Below, one piece after another: positions 1 to 13,977 of a stretch of 64,000 nucleotides of DNA (the first letter of the stretch is position 1; each line of letters opens with the position of its first letter). The translations under genes and the position numbers were made by a program. The DNA lies in NCBI GenBank assembly GCA_043228905.1, contig JBHGNT010000002.1, forward strand, positions 28,334,001 through 28,398,000. The letters run 5' to 3'. The stretch comes from Azolla caroliniana. Taxonomy: Eukaryota > Plantae > Polypodiophyta. The notes beneath the pieces were generated by a model, which was given only the letters and a program-made list of their open reading frames with translations, had not been told where the DNA came from and searched no databases.

Positions 1-79
1 CCGAATTAAAAAGGGGACTTCACACGAATCATATTTCTATAATATATATAAAAATATTCGTTTTTTTTACATCTAGTTA

Positions 80-272
80 TATTTTTATAATCTATTAATG
101 AATTATTGTTCTTTTTTTAGTAAATAAATTATTTTTTCCCAAAAATAAATAAATTATTTTTTATTATATATATTTTGCAAAAACGAATGGTTTTATAATA
201 TTCTTGGGGCCATTTCATATTCTCGAATATTGCGAATATCATGTATGGAGAACATCATGCATGTGTCAATTT
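80..272. repeat. Dispersed AT-rich repeat, copy 1 (probable non-autonomous DNA transposon fragment)
   Basis: aacgaatggttttataatattctt..ggc.atttc.tattctc.aatattgcgaata recurs at ~2620-2810 (same strand) and ~50655-50740 (opposite strand). Confidence 0.6.
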
Positions 273-329
273 GTGATGTAGACCTTAAGGCTAATTGCTC
301 ATGCGTAAATGACTGCTTAGTTAGTTGAG

Positions 330-1300
330 GTTTATAAAAGTCCAAGGCAATTCTCCTCATCTCAACATCATCCGATGTTAATGATCCATCCTCCCTGTGT
401 AGTTGCCTCATCACATTCTTAGTGTGGCCAATATAATTTAGACGAAAAAAATTAGTATTAACCTTATATGCAAGATGAGCCCATTTCGCTAAGGATGCAC
501 AAAATTTTTGCTAAGCTATAACATCCTCTAATTGTTGCATTTCATCTCATGTTTGACGCAATTCAGCTCCAACCCATATAGCACATGGGTTCTTCTCCTC
601 CAACTTTTGAAGAGAGATAATCGTTCACCTAGAAGTCGATATCTTTTGTTTGGCCTTTTGTAATTGCAATCTGCTTAATCCTTAAAAAAATTTGCAATGA
701 AATGCAAAGCCTTATGCACCTTAGAAACAGTAGATAGTTGACCCCCATCTCATAGTCCATATACCCAAAACTTGACTTTTAAAAATATCACCCAAAAAGA
801 AGAATAATGGAATTTTCGTCGAGAACCTTTTATGTTTTTTAATCTTAACCAACTTCAAAATCACAGGAGCATGATTCGAGAATAGAGAACACCCAATACT
901 CCCAACTTCTCCTCCAATATCATTAAAATAATCATCTACATATATCCTATCTAGTCGAGATAGAGTAACCCCTAATTAACGTCTTATGACCTAGAAAACT
1001 ATAATGAACCACATATGAAATGAGGGGAGGTGCCAAGCATCTTGTATCCTCCGCAAGAAACACCTCTCCTAAGACGCCAATTCAGAGCCTGCAAGAACAA
1101 CATTAGAACCACCCACTCTATCCCATGAGGCCTCAATCATATTAAAGTCACCGCCCATGAACCAATATTCCAACTTACCACATGCCGGAATCCAATAATA
1201 CCTCCAATCACTACTAACCATATTACCATAAGACTATATTTTACTTGCATTTAAATGGTGTTCTTGTAACATAATTAAATCACAACTTCAAACCTGAAAT
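330..1300 (-). mobile_element. Degenerate L1-type LINE ORF2 fragment (endonuclease and linker)
   Basis: Minus strand reads WFMGGDFNMIE (~1130-1165), SRLDRIYVDD (~930-960), FSNHAPVILKL (~850-880) and the linker RQLHREDGSLTSDDVEMRRIALDFYK. Stops and frameshifts are present. Confidence 0.8.
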
Positions 1301-2619
1301 TTATGAAACTCCCTACGTATTCTTGCCTTGAATCTTCTACATAGCGCACCTCCTAATCCTTGCACATTCTATGGTGGCACCGAAAAATCCTTTCAATATA
1401 ACTACAACTAGAGTACAATAAGAAAAGGAATATGGGCTCATGGGCCTAGATATTTTAGATGTAAGGGTAGAATTAATCTCCTTCACATCATAGTCTTGAG
1501 ACGGAGTATGATGTGGATGCATTCCATGTAGCATGTTGCTAACATCAATGAGTGGATAAGGAAAACAAGTAATGTAGCTTCAATTTACAACACCGATAAA
1601 GTTCATCACCGGTTTGTGTTACGAAAACAAGGTCCAACACTGTTAATCAATTAAACAATTATTGTACCATGTAATCAATTAAACGCATTGCAAAAGTAAG
1701 AAAGTAGTTGTAGGGAATTAAACAATACCATGCAACCTAAAGTTTTCAAAAAGTTTGCTTATATGCTCAAACATCGAATATAAGGAGACAATTAACATGG
1801 TGGAATTGTAGATGCTACATGAGCGTCCTATATTGAGGGTACAATTTCTTTTGAAAAGTTATATGCTTGAACTTGACCATATGTAAGAAGTTGGGACCAA
1901 CTTGGATAATCCATGGGATGGATGGATGCCTGTTACAAAAGTCTCCTCTATTGACATTGCTAATTTACTTACAAAAAATTGCTTATATACATGGTTGTGA
2001 CTGAATGTGAGAAGGTAGCATCTAACTTGGATGTGTTGTGACCTGATGTGAGAAGGTAGTGTCTAACTTGGAAAGCGAGATGTGATTATGTATTTAACAA
2101 TGTTCACATACATCTCAAAACTATGCTTATTGAATTCTAGATGTTATTTGTCCACACACTACGTGGTCAATATGATAATCTACAGGGTTCGGATAATGTT
2201 CTGTGGCAATGTCAAGTGACCATTAAGAACCAATGGCGAGGACTTCACTTATTTTTAGATACAACTATTAGTCCGAAGTGGAATTATGCCATACGGTAGA
2301 TTGACATATTCGTAGTATTGGGGTTTCCTATTCGAATGCAAACGAATACGAATACGAATGCATGGTCAAGTATTCGTTTAACCAAATAGAAAAGAAAAGA
2401 AGTGTACATGAACTCCCTCTTTAGTTTCCTAGGATATATAAAAAAGGTACTTCACAATAAAAAGGGGACAATAAAAGAGGGACTTGAAAGTTGACACTAA
2501 TAAATTTTTATAGTAAATGTAAAAGTATTCATTTTATTTTTAATAAATAAATAAAATAAAATAAAGGTTCATAAACGCTCCCCTTTTTTATTTGACAATA
2601 GTGATAAAGGAGAGTTAAT

Positions 2620-2810
2620 ACTAATCATATTTTTATAATCTATTAATGAATGACTGTTCTGTTTTTAGTGAAGTAAATTTATTTATTTTGTATATTTATT
2701 TTGTAAAACGAATGGTTTTATAATATTCTTAGGGCTATTTCGTATTCTCAAATATTGCGAATAGCACACATGGAGAATATCACGAATATCACGCATATAT
2801 CAATCTATGG
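2620..2810. repeat. Dispersed AT-rich repeat, copy 2
   Basis: Aligns by eye with 80-272. Confidence 0.6.
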
Positions 2811-3189
2811 CCATAGTACTATAGAATGAACCATACGTATCATATGTACATTTGCATTCGAGAATGATTCAATCAAACGTGTATGGTAAATCATCTCGAA
2901 GTTGGATTGGATTGGCTATGGTCTATATTATATATTGATTCACTCTCAATCCCAGTAAGTGGACTCTAATCCATTGTGAACCACTAACATAAGTATGGTT
3001 GTGATATTTGCATTGTATCACATGCATACCTTTGGGATGCTTCTTAAGAATCAAGACATCTCTATCCTCCTCACTTTAGAACTTTACAAAAAATTGAGTA
3101 TGAACTATAGAGATTGAATCAAAATATGTCATTATAAATTATAATCAAATGTTCAAAAACTCATAAAACGTATATTCGAGAATATGAAG

Positions 3190-3720
3190 AAAACATGACA
3201 TAGGCAGTAGTACCATAAGAACTTACCAATAGGGTGAGCTAATTTCTAATAACAAAGAAAGAAAAAAAAGAAAAAAAGAAGGAACATGAGACTAACATAA
3301 AAACTTTGCCATGACATGACACTAACGAGAGAATATGAGAAAATTGGGAGTTGAACCCAATATATAAGCAATAGTAGCATGACAACTTACCACTAGGTTA
3401 AACTACATTTTAATGATAAGAAAAGAAACAAAAAGGAAAAAACTAATATAATACTAACATAAAATTTTGCCATGCCATGACACTAACGAGAGGATATGAG
3501 AAAATTGGGAATTGAATCCAAGACATAAGCAATACAACTTACCACTAGGTTGAACTAATTTCTACTAATAAGAAAAGAAAAGAAAAGAAAAAAAACTAAT
3601 ATGACACAAACAGAAAATTAAGAAGTGAACCCAAGACATAGACAATAATGGCACAACAACTTACCACTAGGGCAAGCTCAATTATAATTGTATTTAATGA
3701 AAAACAAAAGGGAAAAAAGA
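3190..3720. repeat. Degenerate tandem array, ~4 units of 120-170 bp
   Basis: Recurring ttgaacccaa..ataagcaata..aacttaccactagg followed by A-rich tracts. Confidence 0.65.
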
Positions 3721-3794
3721 AGCACACATTTTCCCCTTTTAAACGTGTTCGTTTTCAAACGTTTGAATGCTTATACGAACACGTATATTACGTT

Positions 3795-4204
3795 CTATCG
3801 GTTCGGTTTCTTGGCCTTGAAACCAAACCAAACCAAACTGTTTAAATTTTATGAAGCCATTTAAACCAAACCATTGATGAAAAATTTAGAACCAAACCAA
3901 ATCAGTTTATCATAAATCAAAACCAAACCAAACCTATAAACCTATAAACCTATAAACCTTTAAACCAAACCACATAAGCCGAAACCGCTAAACCGTGAAA
4001 TTCAAAACCAAACCGAACCGAAACTGATAAACCGATCAGCCGCCAAACCATGAAATTCAAAACCAAACTGAATCGAACCGAAACCAAACCGGATCATAAT
4101 ATTTGAAACCAAACCAAACGGTTTATTTATCTTTGAACCAATAAATCGTTAAGCCATGGCTTAACGGTTCGGTTCGGTTTGACCCGAAACTGTGCCCATT
4201 GCTA
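3795..4204. mobile_element. hAT-like MITE with AAACC-rich interior; left end not resolved
   Basis: Right end gcccattgcta and the interior match the complete MITE at 59397-59911. Confidence 0.65.
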
Positions 4205-5284
4205 GGCCACCATACCATAGTACGTAATATACTCGAATGCATTGGCAAACATTCTTTTTCATACGAATGAAAACGAATGCGTATGTTATCAAAACATTCT
4301 TATGTTTCTTTTACACTTTTTACCTTAACTTTCTTACCTTGAATAAATATTACCTTATAATAAATAATGAATACAAACGTATGGTATTTACCATACTTCT
4401 ATGGGTGTTTACCATACTCGAATTTGAAACATTCTCAAATGCGATTGCATGTATGGTTCATACTATGTGCCACGCCTTCTTTTCTGTTGGATAGCTGATA
4501 GTACTGTTGTACTTGTTTCATATATGGATATCATCTGTTTGATCAGATGCTTATACTAGCTTTTGTATCTTACAATAAGAAGCGAGATGAAATGTCTCCT
4601 TATGTTTTCTCTCTATATAGTTTTTCAAGTAATATACTAAGGTGCATCTTTGTTTTAAAATAAAAAACTTGGATGTGTTGTATTAGAGTGGTATATTGAG
4701 TGATTGAGGTTGGGAAGCATTCTTTAATAGTAGTATGTGCTTCACATTGGAGTGCAAAATGCCTTTCATCATCCAACCCTTTCAGTCATCACACCAGGAA
4801 AATACAATTTACACTCTAGTAAACCTCAATATGTTCCATTTCAAATGCAAGATCATGGCCATTTGTGTTTTGACAATTAGGTTGTGTGCTATTATAATCA
4901 AGGGTTTCTATATCATATAACCTTCTCCCACAACTATTTGTCCCATGTTGAATTGCCTCCTCATCACAATCTATAACCCATTCTTGAACTACCCAAATGT
5001 TACTTCGAGTTAGGCTTGCATTGATGACTATACCAATAAATCAATGCTCATTAAGTGTGCTTCTTATTGCAAGCATGAGTACACAATGGTAGCTATTCTT
5101 CATATATATTTTCTATTAGCGTCACTCTACACCATATCCACACATTAGAAACTTTTGCCTATCTCAAGATAGCAAGCAACATACAAACAAAGATAATAAT
5201 GGGAAATAAATGCTCTTACAATTATTTAAATAAAAGTAAAGCCTCTCATGATTATGTTTTAGATGAGATTTTAGTTTGAATACG

Positions 5285-5572
5285 AGCCTCTCGTTGCGCA
5301 CCCGGTTTACGCACCCAGTCTACGCACTTGTTTACGCACCCAATGTTGAGCTTGTATCTCAACACAACGAAGGAGCTGAGATGGGCCTACTAACCAGGCA
5401 AGCCGACCAAGGAGGACGAGGTGCGCAGAACCGGATGGGTCGTGGGAAGCAGAACTGGACCAGACGAGGAGCGCAAGCAAGGCGGGAGGAGGTCAGAAGG
5501 AGCCGAAGGAAAGGACCGGCCACTACAGACACTGACACCACGATCCGACCTCAAGTTGAGCTTGAGGGGGAG
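5285..5572 (+). repeat. Duplicate of ~18020-18306: end of copia-B LTR, copia-A 3' region and PPT
   Basis: Near-identical to 18020-18306, including the junction tctcaaca|caacgaagg and the PPT gagggggag (5564-5572). Confidence 0.9.
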
Positions 5573-6042
5573 TGTTGAGCGAGCAAGCTCAACTGGATCC
5601 GGATCGGTTAAATAAGCTAGAGCCGGATCGGTATTCAGAACGGAGAACCAGATCGGTGTCCAGATGATATCTGGAACTAGGAGCCAGATCGGAGACCCGG
5701 ATCGGATTGACACCGATCGGCCGTTAGATGCCTACGGATCCAGCCTAGTACGTAGGCATATTTTTGGGAGTCAGTGACAGTCGCTCGTGTGAGCATTGAA
5801 GTACTTGTCAGTACTTCTATCAGTCCTCTATGGACTTGTATAAAAGTGCTCTTTGAGCACGTTCTATGTATAGAGTTACAAAGTGTTATTTTTTAATAGA
5901 GTTTTATGTTCTGCTCTCTCTCTCTCTCTCTCCTGTGTATGCTTATTCTCTGTGTTAAGCTTCCATTAAACCTTCTTCTCTTTAATGTTACTATCAGGAA
6001 AGAATTCAGTTTGGCATACGCTTCTGCACGCTAACTTTCACA
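5573..6042 (+). repeat. Copia-A left LTR
   Basis: TG..CA ends, ccggatcgg sub-repeats, tataaaa, (CT)n, followed by a tRNA-iMet PBS. Confidence 0.92.
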
Positions 6043-6136
6043 TGGTATCAGAACGAGGTTTGAGAACCTCTGCAACCGACGAGCGACTAATGAAGACAAA
6101 CCCTAACACCCGGAGAAGAACATAAGAGAACCTAAG

Positions 6137-9100
6137 ATGGACAGAGGAATGGCAAGTTCATTTCTAACAGAAAAGCTCGACCGGAGCAACTATGCATCCT
6201 GGTCATATAAAATGCACCAATACCTGTTGGGGCATGGATATTGGATCTATGTGGAAGGAACCAACGAGGTAGCACCGAAGCCAGCACACAAAGACTTCCC
6301 GGCATGGGAACAATGAACGAGCCGAGTATTGTATTGCCTCGCGTTCGGTGTGCACGATCAGATGCTCGGCTACATGAAGGATGCAAAAACGCCAAAGGAG
6401 GCCTGAGAAAATCTTCGGAAGATTTTCGCCGCGAGTACCACAACCTGTAAGTTGCAGCTCCGAGAGGAGCTGAACAACATCCGACAAAGAGATATGTTGG
6501 TTACAGACTACACCACTAAGATAAAGGAGATTTGTGACGTGCTCGGGTCCATCAATGTGACGGTGGATGAAGACGAGATCTGTCTTGGTGGTCTTGCACA
6601 ACGGTACGGGCCAATCTGGATGGCAATTTGCACCTGGGAGAAATCACCGTCCTTCTTTGACTTACAATCAATGTTGATGGTCGAAGAAAACTACGCGAGT
6701 GGGTCGAGGACCACTCAATCGAACAACCGGATGCTATACACGAAGGCGGATCGACCCCGTGGGCATGGAGGACGAGGTGGGTCGGCACCCAATGGTGGCG
6801 GCCAGCAAGAGCAGAATCGAAGGCATAAACCCAGTGCCGGAAACCGGCAAGGAAAAGCTGGCATGGAGTGCTGGTATTGTGGCAAGAAAGGCCACAGAGA
6901 AAACGAGTGCTGGAAGAAGTGCGCCGATTCTGATAAATCCAGGTCCGGCAAAGCTCGCACTACGCAGTAGGATCAAAAGGATCCGGAACTGGGAAGACCA
7001 GAAAGGGGCCAGCCTTTGTGATGAAGCACAAGGCCAACTCGATGAAGATGACCACTTCTAGACAAGAGGAAGTCTGGTACGTTGATTCCGGAGCATCTAA
7101 TCATATGACGAGCCATGAAGAGTGGTTCTTGTTTTTAGAGAAACGGAACAACCGGGGATTGTCAAAACCGGAGACGACACCCCTCACCCAATTGTGTATG
7201 TCGAAGAAGTCCCTTTAAGCCATGTCAGACAAAAAGGGAAAGCTAATGAATGTATTACACGTTCCGACTATCACAAAGAACCTGGTATCGGTCAGACAAA
7301 TAGTCGACCAGAGAATGCAGGTGCGGTTTACACACCTTAGATGCTTCATCGAGGAAGAAGGTCGGATAATTGCGCAAGGGCATAGAGAAGGGAGGATGTT
7401 CATCCTCAACATTAATGACGTCGACACCGCTATGTTTGCCAAAGGACAAAAGATTGAATTGGACATTGATCTCTGGCATAAGCGGATCGGCCACGTCAAC
7501 TACCGTAGGCTTCAAGATCTGCAATCGAAATAAGTTGTGTTCGAATTGCCAAAGTTTAGTGGCCAGAAGGTACAAATATGTGAAGCCTGCCAACTCGGGA
7601 AGCAACACCGCCTTCCATTCCCCACCGAACGAAACTGGAGCCGTAACAAGTTCAATCTAATCTATTCGAATGTATGGGGACCGGCACAGAACGTTAGTCT
7701 TGGTAGGAGTCGATATTTTGTCTCCATCGACAACTACAGCCGGCACACATGGATCTACCTCATCGAGAAGAAAAGCGAAGTCTTGACTGTTTCCGAAAAC
7801 TTCAAAGCTTAGTCAAAAGGGAGACGAGAGGAAGATCAAGTGCCTGCAGTCGGATGGTGGAAAAGAATACTTTTCCGGCCAATTCAACAGTTCTCTGCAT
7901 TAGAATGGAATTCGGAGAGAATTGAGCTGCCGATACACACCGGAACAAAATGGTGTGGCCGAGAGAAAGAACCGATCGATTGTCGACGCGGCAAGGGCAA
8001 TGCTAGAGGAGAAGAGCATGCCCAAATTCTACTGGGTTGAAACACGTTTGGATATTCGGTAGCATAGCATATGTGCATGTACCGAATGAGAAGCAGAGGA
8101 AGTGGATCTGAAATCGGAGAAGTGCATACTCGTCGGCTACTCGCATGAACAGAAGGGGTATTAGTGTTATAACCCCCAAACTAAACAGGTCTGAGTAAGC
8201 CGAGATGTCGAGTTTGATGAATCGGCATCATGGTACTCTCTACCGACTCCAACTTCTGACCCGATTCCTAAAGATGAGGGTGGTGAGCCCGAAGAGGTCC
8301 AGGTAGAAGATGATGACTTCGGTACTCTAGATGAGAGTCCGATCTCATTCCGGCTAAGTGGGCTGAATGAGCGACTGAGTCGGGATGACCAATCGGATGA
8401 AGAATCAGCAAGTAGGGGAGACTCTGTTATGCTCTCCCCGCACAAGGAACTGAGGAGACGATTCACGCGCAAAGAGAAAGGGAGAAGAAGATGCCAGAAT
8501 ACGATACCGGCAGTGAAGGGTCGGATCGGAATGAATCGGACCCCGGAAAGGAAGAAGGTGGATCTTTAGAAAGGAAGTCTAAAACTGGCCAAGAAGGGCC
8601 TCAAACCGGGTAATGAAATGTTACATCGGTCAACCCGTCAAAAGAAAACCGTCATGAGGTACGGATACAATGAGTACATGGCGCATCTCTATGCGTACAT
8701 GACAAAGGTGGCGGAAGTGCGTGATCCGGAGAGCTACGCAGAAGCAACAAAGGACGCAAATTGGCATGTTGCTATGGAGGAAGAAATGCATGCACTTGAT
8801 GCCAACGACACATGGGACCTGGTTGACCCTCCCTGACAGTGTAAACCGATCGGTTGCAAATGGGTATATAAGGTGAAGTACAAGTACAATGCCGATGGTT
8901 CGGTCAACCGGTACAAGGCCCGGTCAGTGGCACAGGGATATGAACAGACCCACGGAATCGACTACGATGAGACCTTCGCTCCGGTAGTGAAGATGAAGAT
9001 GGTTCGTGTGGTACTGGTTGTTGTTGCGGCAAGAGGATGACATCTTCACCATATGGACATGAAGAATGCGTTTCTTCAAGGTGACCTTGAAGAATGGGTC

Positions 9101-9830
9101 TATATGATCCAACCCCCCGATTTCCAATTGGAGATGAACAAGTCGGCAGTATGCCCACTCAAGAAGTCACTTTACGGTTTAAAGCGAGCCCCCCGAGCTT
9201 GGAATGCGAAGATCACGCACCGGTTATGTAAGATGGTGTTTGCGGCCTCGAAGTTCGACTTGTCACTTTTCATCCGAAAAGGTCCGGACGGTCCGATCTG
9301 TACCCTACTATATGTTGATGATTTAGTCATCACCGAACCCGGACTGGATGAAATCGGCATAGTGAAGTCCCAACTGTCAGAAGCATTTGAAATGAAGGAG
9401 CTGGGGGACCTTCATTATTTTCTTGGAATTGAGGTGATCTAGACCCCCGATGGCATATTGCTCTCACAAACACACTATGTGTTGAATATGTTGTACAAGT
9501 TCGGCATGACTGTATGCCGACCGATCTCCACACCCCTAGTCCGGAACCTGAAGCTATGTCCCGACTCCGGACCGGCTTGCGATGAGAAACGGTTCCGACA
9601 AATTGTCGGAAGCCTCATATACTTGTCAATCACTCGACCCGACATCAATTACCTGGTCGGAGTGATCAGCCAATTCTTGTAGAATCCGATCGTCGAGCAC
9701 CTTCAGTGCGCACACGAGATACTCCGGTATGTTAGCGGCACGAAGGACTAGGGACTATTATACCGACACAGTATAACTGGTAAGCTGGTCGGATATACCG
9801 ATGCTGACTGGGTTGGTAATGCATCGAATC
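6137..9830 (+). pseudogene. Copia-A gag-pol, disrupted; most of RNase H deleted
   Basis: KLDRSNYASW (gag), CWYCGKKGHRENEC (Zn knuckle), WYVDSGASNHMT (protease), LWHKRIGH..CEACQLGKQ (integrase), MDMKNAFLQG/LYVDDL (RT), GYTDADW (RH start); many frameshifts and stops. Confidence 0.92.
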
Positions 9831-11910
9831 GGTTCAACAGTTGGATTCGGAAAAGTCGGATCAACTAAAGACCAAGCGAACGAGAAAGCAACGGAAGTCG
9901 ACACCGACACGGAGGAACCGATGGGTCGACAAACGTCGGAGTTGTAGTAGTTGTGAAATGTTACGTGCGGAAGCTATACGAAACACAGAATGCTGACAGA
10001 AAAAATAGGTTTAATGGAGAGCTTAAGACACAATGTATGTAGGAGAGATAGAGAGAGAATGAACACACAGAAAAACTAAAAAACAAATAATGTGTGAAAC
10101 TCTGTACATAGGATGTGCTCAGAGAGCACTTTTATACAAGTCCATACGGACTGACATAAGTACTGACACTTACTTCAATGCTCATAACTGAGCTCCTACA
10201 CTAACTCCCAAATATATTCCCTCGCGGAATATTTGTTCAACGGCCTCCCGGTTTCCCGTACAGCTACGGCCTCTCATTGGGCACCCAGTCTACGCACTTG
10301 TTAACGCACCCAATGTTGAGCTTGTATCTCAACACTCCCCCTCAAGCTCAACTTGAGGTTCCGCCTGCTCTTCCAGATCTCTGCTACGGCTTCTCCTGGC
10401 TTCACGCCTCGCTCGTGCTCCTCGACCCGTTCGATTCCACGCGCCTCGACCCTTATGGTCCGCTTATCTGCTCTCTCGTCCACTTCCGGAGTCTTCCACA
10501 GAACCACCTTTGGCTTCTTCAACGGACACTAAATCGAATTCATCATCTGAACTTCTGCTCCTTTCCATGGTCTTGCGGAACTTTTCTCCCCCTCAAGTTT
10601 GGCACGTCGAGGTGTCGCAACCCAAGCGCACCTGGCGGAACTTGTCTAGACCAAAGGGCTTGGTGAAGATGTCGACGTTTTGCCGATCCGTCGGAACATA
10701 CTGATGTTCGACTTCACGTGAGAGGACACGCTCACGGACAAAGTGGTAGTGCACCTCATGTGCTTAGTCGGGGTGAGGAAGACAGGGTTCTTCGCAAGTT
10801 GGATGCTGCTGAAGTTGTCATAGTAGATCGTCGTCGGACCGGACACCTCCACCTACAAATCCTTAAGTAGCTGCTTCAGCCATATGGCTTCGCACATTGT
10901 GAAAACCGCTCCTCGATACTCGCCCTTTGTGCTCGACAGTGCAACTGTCGGCCGCTTTTTCCTACTCCACGTGATCGCAGCGCTCCCAAGGGAGAACGCG
11001 AAACCGGATTTGGATCGGCGATCGCCGGCGTTTCCGGCCCAGTCGGCATATGTATAGTTGACTAGCTGCACAGCAGTACCGGTCCGATATAATAGCCCTT
11101 GGTCCTTAGTGCCAGTGACTTACCTGAGTACGCATTGCAAGCACTGAAAGTGCTCCTCGGTTGGCTGCGCCATGAACTGACTAATCAAGCCAACCGGGTA
11201 ACTCAGGTCCGCCGGGTGATAGTCAAGTATATGAGGCTTCCGACAATCTATCGAAACCTTTTCAGGTCGCAGACCTTTCCGGAGTCAGGGCGAACCTTCA
11301 CGGTTCTGTCCAGAGGAGTTTAGACGGACTTACAATCTGCCATCTCGAACTTGAAGAGCATACTCAACACATAAACGTCGTTGGCTAATCAGTATGCCTT
11401 TAGGGGTTCAGATCACTTAGATCCCGAGAAAGTAATGAAGGTCCCCCAGGTTCTTCATATCAAATGATGCCACAAGCTAGAGCTTTACGCGGTCAATTTC
11501 ACTTAGGTCGACGCCGGCGATGACCAAGTCATCAACATAAAGTAAGATACTAACCGGCCCAAGTCGACCTTGTCGGACGAACAATGAAGAGTCTGATTTG
11601 AACGTCGCAAATCCCATCCGACGCAATTACTACGTGATCTTCGTGTTCCAGGCACGCGGGGCTTGCTTTAGTCTGTAAAGGGATTTCTTCAACTGGCATA
11701 CCTCCGAAGTGTTCGTTCCGAAGTGAAATTCGGGGGGATGTACCATGTACACTTGTTCCTCAAGCTCACCTTGCAAGAACACATTCCTTACATCCATCTG
11801 ATGTAAGTGCCACCCCTTCGCCGCAGCTACCGCAAGCAAAACACGGAGGATCGTCATTTTCGCGACCGGCGCAAACGTCTCATCGTAATCGATGGCGTGT
11901 TGTTGCGCGT

Positions 11911-12647
11911 TGTCGTGAGGATTTTCGGCCATGGTGACAAAACCCGAGCGGGAGGAATAAAACAAGATGTGCAACATTGCACGTGAACTTAGGAAAATTG
12001 TAACATAGGAATAATAGACAAATGTAAGGAGGAAAAGTAAGATGTAAAGGTATAAAGGTAATGTGCACTTTGTAGACTAGAGGGAGGCACATGAAGTATG
12101 GGTGTAGGGAGTAGTGGGCATTGAGTATGTCGGTGAGAGGAGAGGGAGTTAAGACCCATCAATCTCACATTCTAAGATCGAGGTCAAATGCTCTCCTTTG
12201 AAAGAAATGGGATTTGACCACTCCTTTTTGTAATGTGCCTCATCCCTTATTACTATAAAAGGGAGTGAGGGGTCACTTTTAAGGGGCTTCCACCTTTTCG
12301 GTTTCTTTGGGTTTCCATTAGGGTTTCGGAATTTTGGGTTTTAGGATCTCGTTTTAGGGGTTTCATTCGTCTTCTTCTTCTTCTTCTTCCTTTCCCCTAT
12401 CCGGTTAGGGTTTCATCTTGAGGGTTTACATTCGGCCTACATGACAAAGGTTGTAATTGGTGTGGTACTTTCCATAATGTATCTTGTCTTGTTTAGATCT
12501 TATTCTCTTGAATCTTAATCTCTCAAATCTTAATCTTTCTCTTCCTTCTCGGTTGAACTCCCAAGCTTCTCTCCCTCCTCTTACTCCCTAGTCCAAGACC
12601 CCCGTGGTCCCGTCCTATCCGACACGCACACGCGGATTTCCGTGACA
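11911..12647 (+). mobile_element. Solo LTR (737 bp) inserted in copia-B RT
   Basis: TGTCGTG..CGTGACA ends; splits LVAKGY|[12 protein letters not shown]; tataaaagg at ~12255; flanks gcgt/acat look like a CpG-decayed duplication. Confidence 0.8.
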
Positions 12648-13977
12648 ACATAGCCTTTTGCTACTAACCAGGCCTTGTATCGGTTGACCGAGTTGTCGGT
12701 GTTCTACTTGACCTTGTACACCCACCTGCATCCAATCGGCTTTACACCCTTGGGGGCATCAACCAGGTCCCAGGTTTCATTCTCCGCAAGTGCGTTCATC
12801 TCTTCCTCCATGGCGGCACGCCAGTTTGCGTCCTTTGCCACTTCTACGTAGCTCTACGGCTCACACACTTCCGCTACACGTGTCATGTACGCATAGTGAT
12901 GCGCCATGTACTCGTTGTATCCGAACCGCACAACAGGGTTCTTCTAGTGGGTAGATCGGCGTAATTGCTCATTAGCCGATATTGAGGCCTTTCTAGCCGA
13001 CTCGGGCTTCGATGGTGAAGGCCCATCATCGCTCTTCTCAGAGTCGGATTCCCGTTGATCCGACTTATCCCTATCCGTGTCATACTCTGACATCTTCTTC
13101 TTTCCCTTTTCTTTGCGCATAAGCTGTCTCTTTGGCTTCCGGTGCGGGGAATGCACAACCGAGTCTCCACTACTCGTCGGCTCTTCATCTGATTGGTCAA
13201 CCCGACTCGGTCACTCATTCGGTCCACTTAGCCGAAATGAGATCGGACTTGCTTCAAGAGTTCCGACTTCGCGTTCATCAGGAGGCATCTAAGCCTCGCT
13301 GACCTCATCTTCAGAACTCAGATTGGAGTTGAGGTCTGGGGTCGTAGGCAAATACCAAGACGCGGACTCATTGAACACAACATTGTGACTTACGCGAGCT
13401 TGTTTGGTTGGGGGGTTGTAACACTTATAACCCTTTTGTTTGTCTGAATAGTCGACCAAGATACACTTCTCGTCTTTCGCATCCAACTTCCTCCGCTTCT
13501 CCTTCGGCACATGCACATATGCGATGCTACCGAAAACCCTCAAGTGTCGTAGATTCGGCTTCCTTCCGAAATACTGCTCATATGCCGACACTTTCTCCCC
13601 GATCCGATTCTGGATGTAGACCGTGTTTCGGACCACTTCAGCCCAATAGAACTTGGGCATGCTCATTTCTTCCAGCATTGCCGGCGCCGCTTCCACAACC
13701 GACCGATTCTTCATTTCGGCTACGCCGCTCTGCTCCGGTGTATACCTGCAACTGAATTCGCGCCGAATTCCCATTTGTTGCAGATAACTGTTGAATTGGC
13801 CGGAAAAGTACTCTTTTCGCCATCCGACCGCAGGCCCTTGATCTTCCTCCCTATTTCCCTTTCGGTAAGATTTTTGAGGTTCCGAAAACAGTCGAAGACT
13901 TCGCTCTTCTTTTCGATGAGGTAGATCCATGTGTGTCAGGTGTAGTCATCGATGAAGGAGACGAAATATCGACTCCC

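Noticed and set aside
2820-4468. One large TIR element (atag.atgaaccatac inverted pair at ~2821 and ~4467)
   Set aside because: A short inverted match is present but there is no matching TSD, so the boundaries cannot be supported.
5276-5713. ORFs over the copia 3' region and LTR (also 18121-18596)
   Set aside because: Open frames in GC-rich repeat sequence; no domain evidence.
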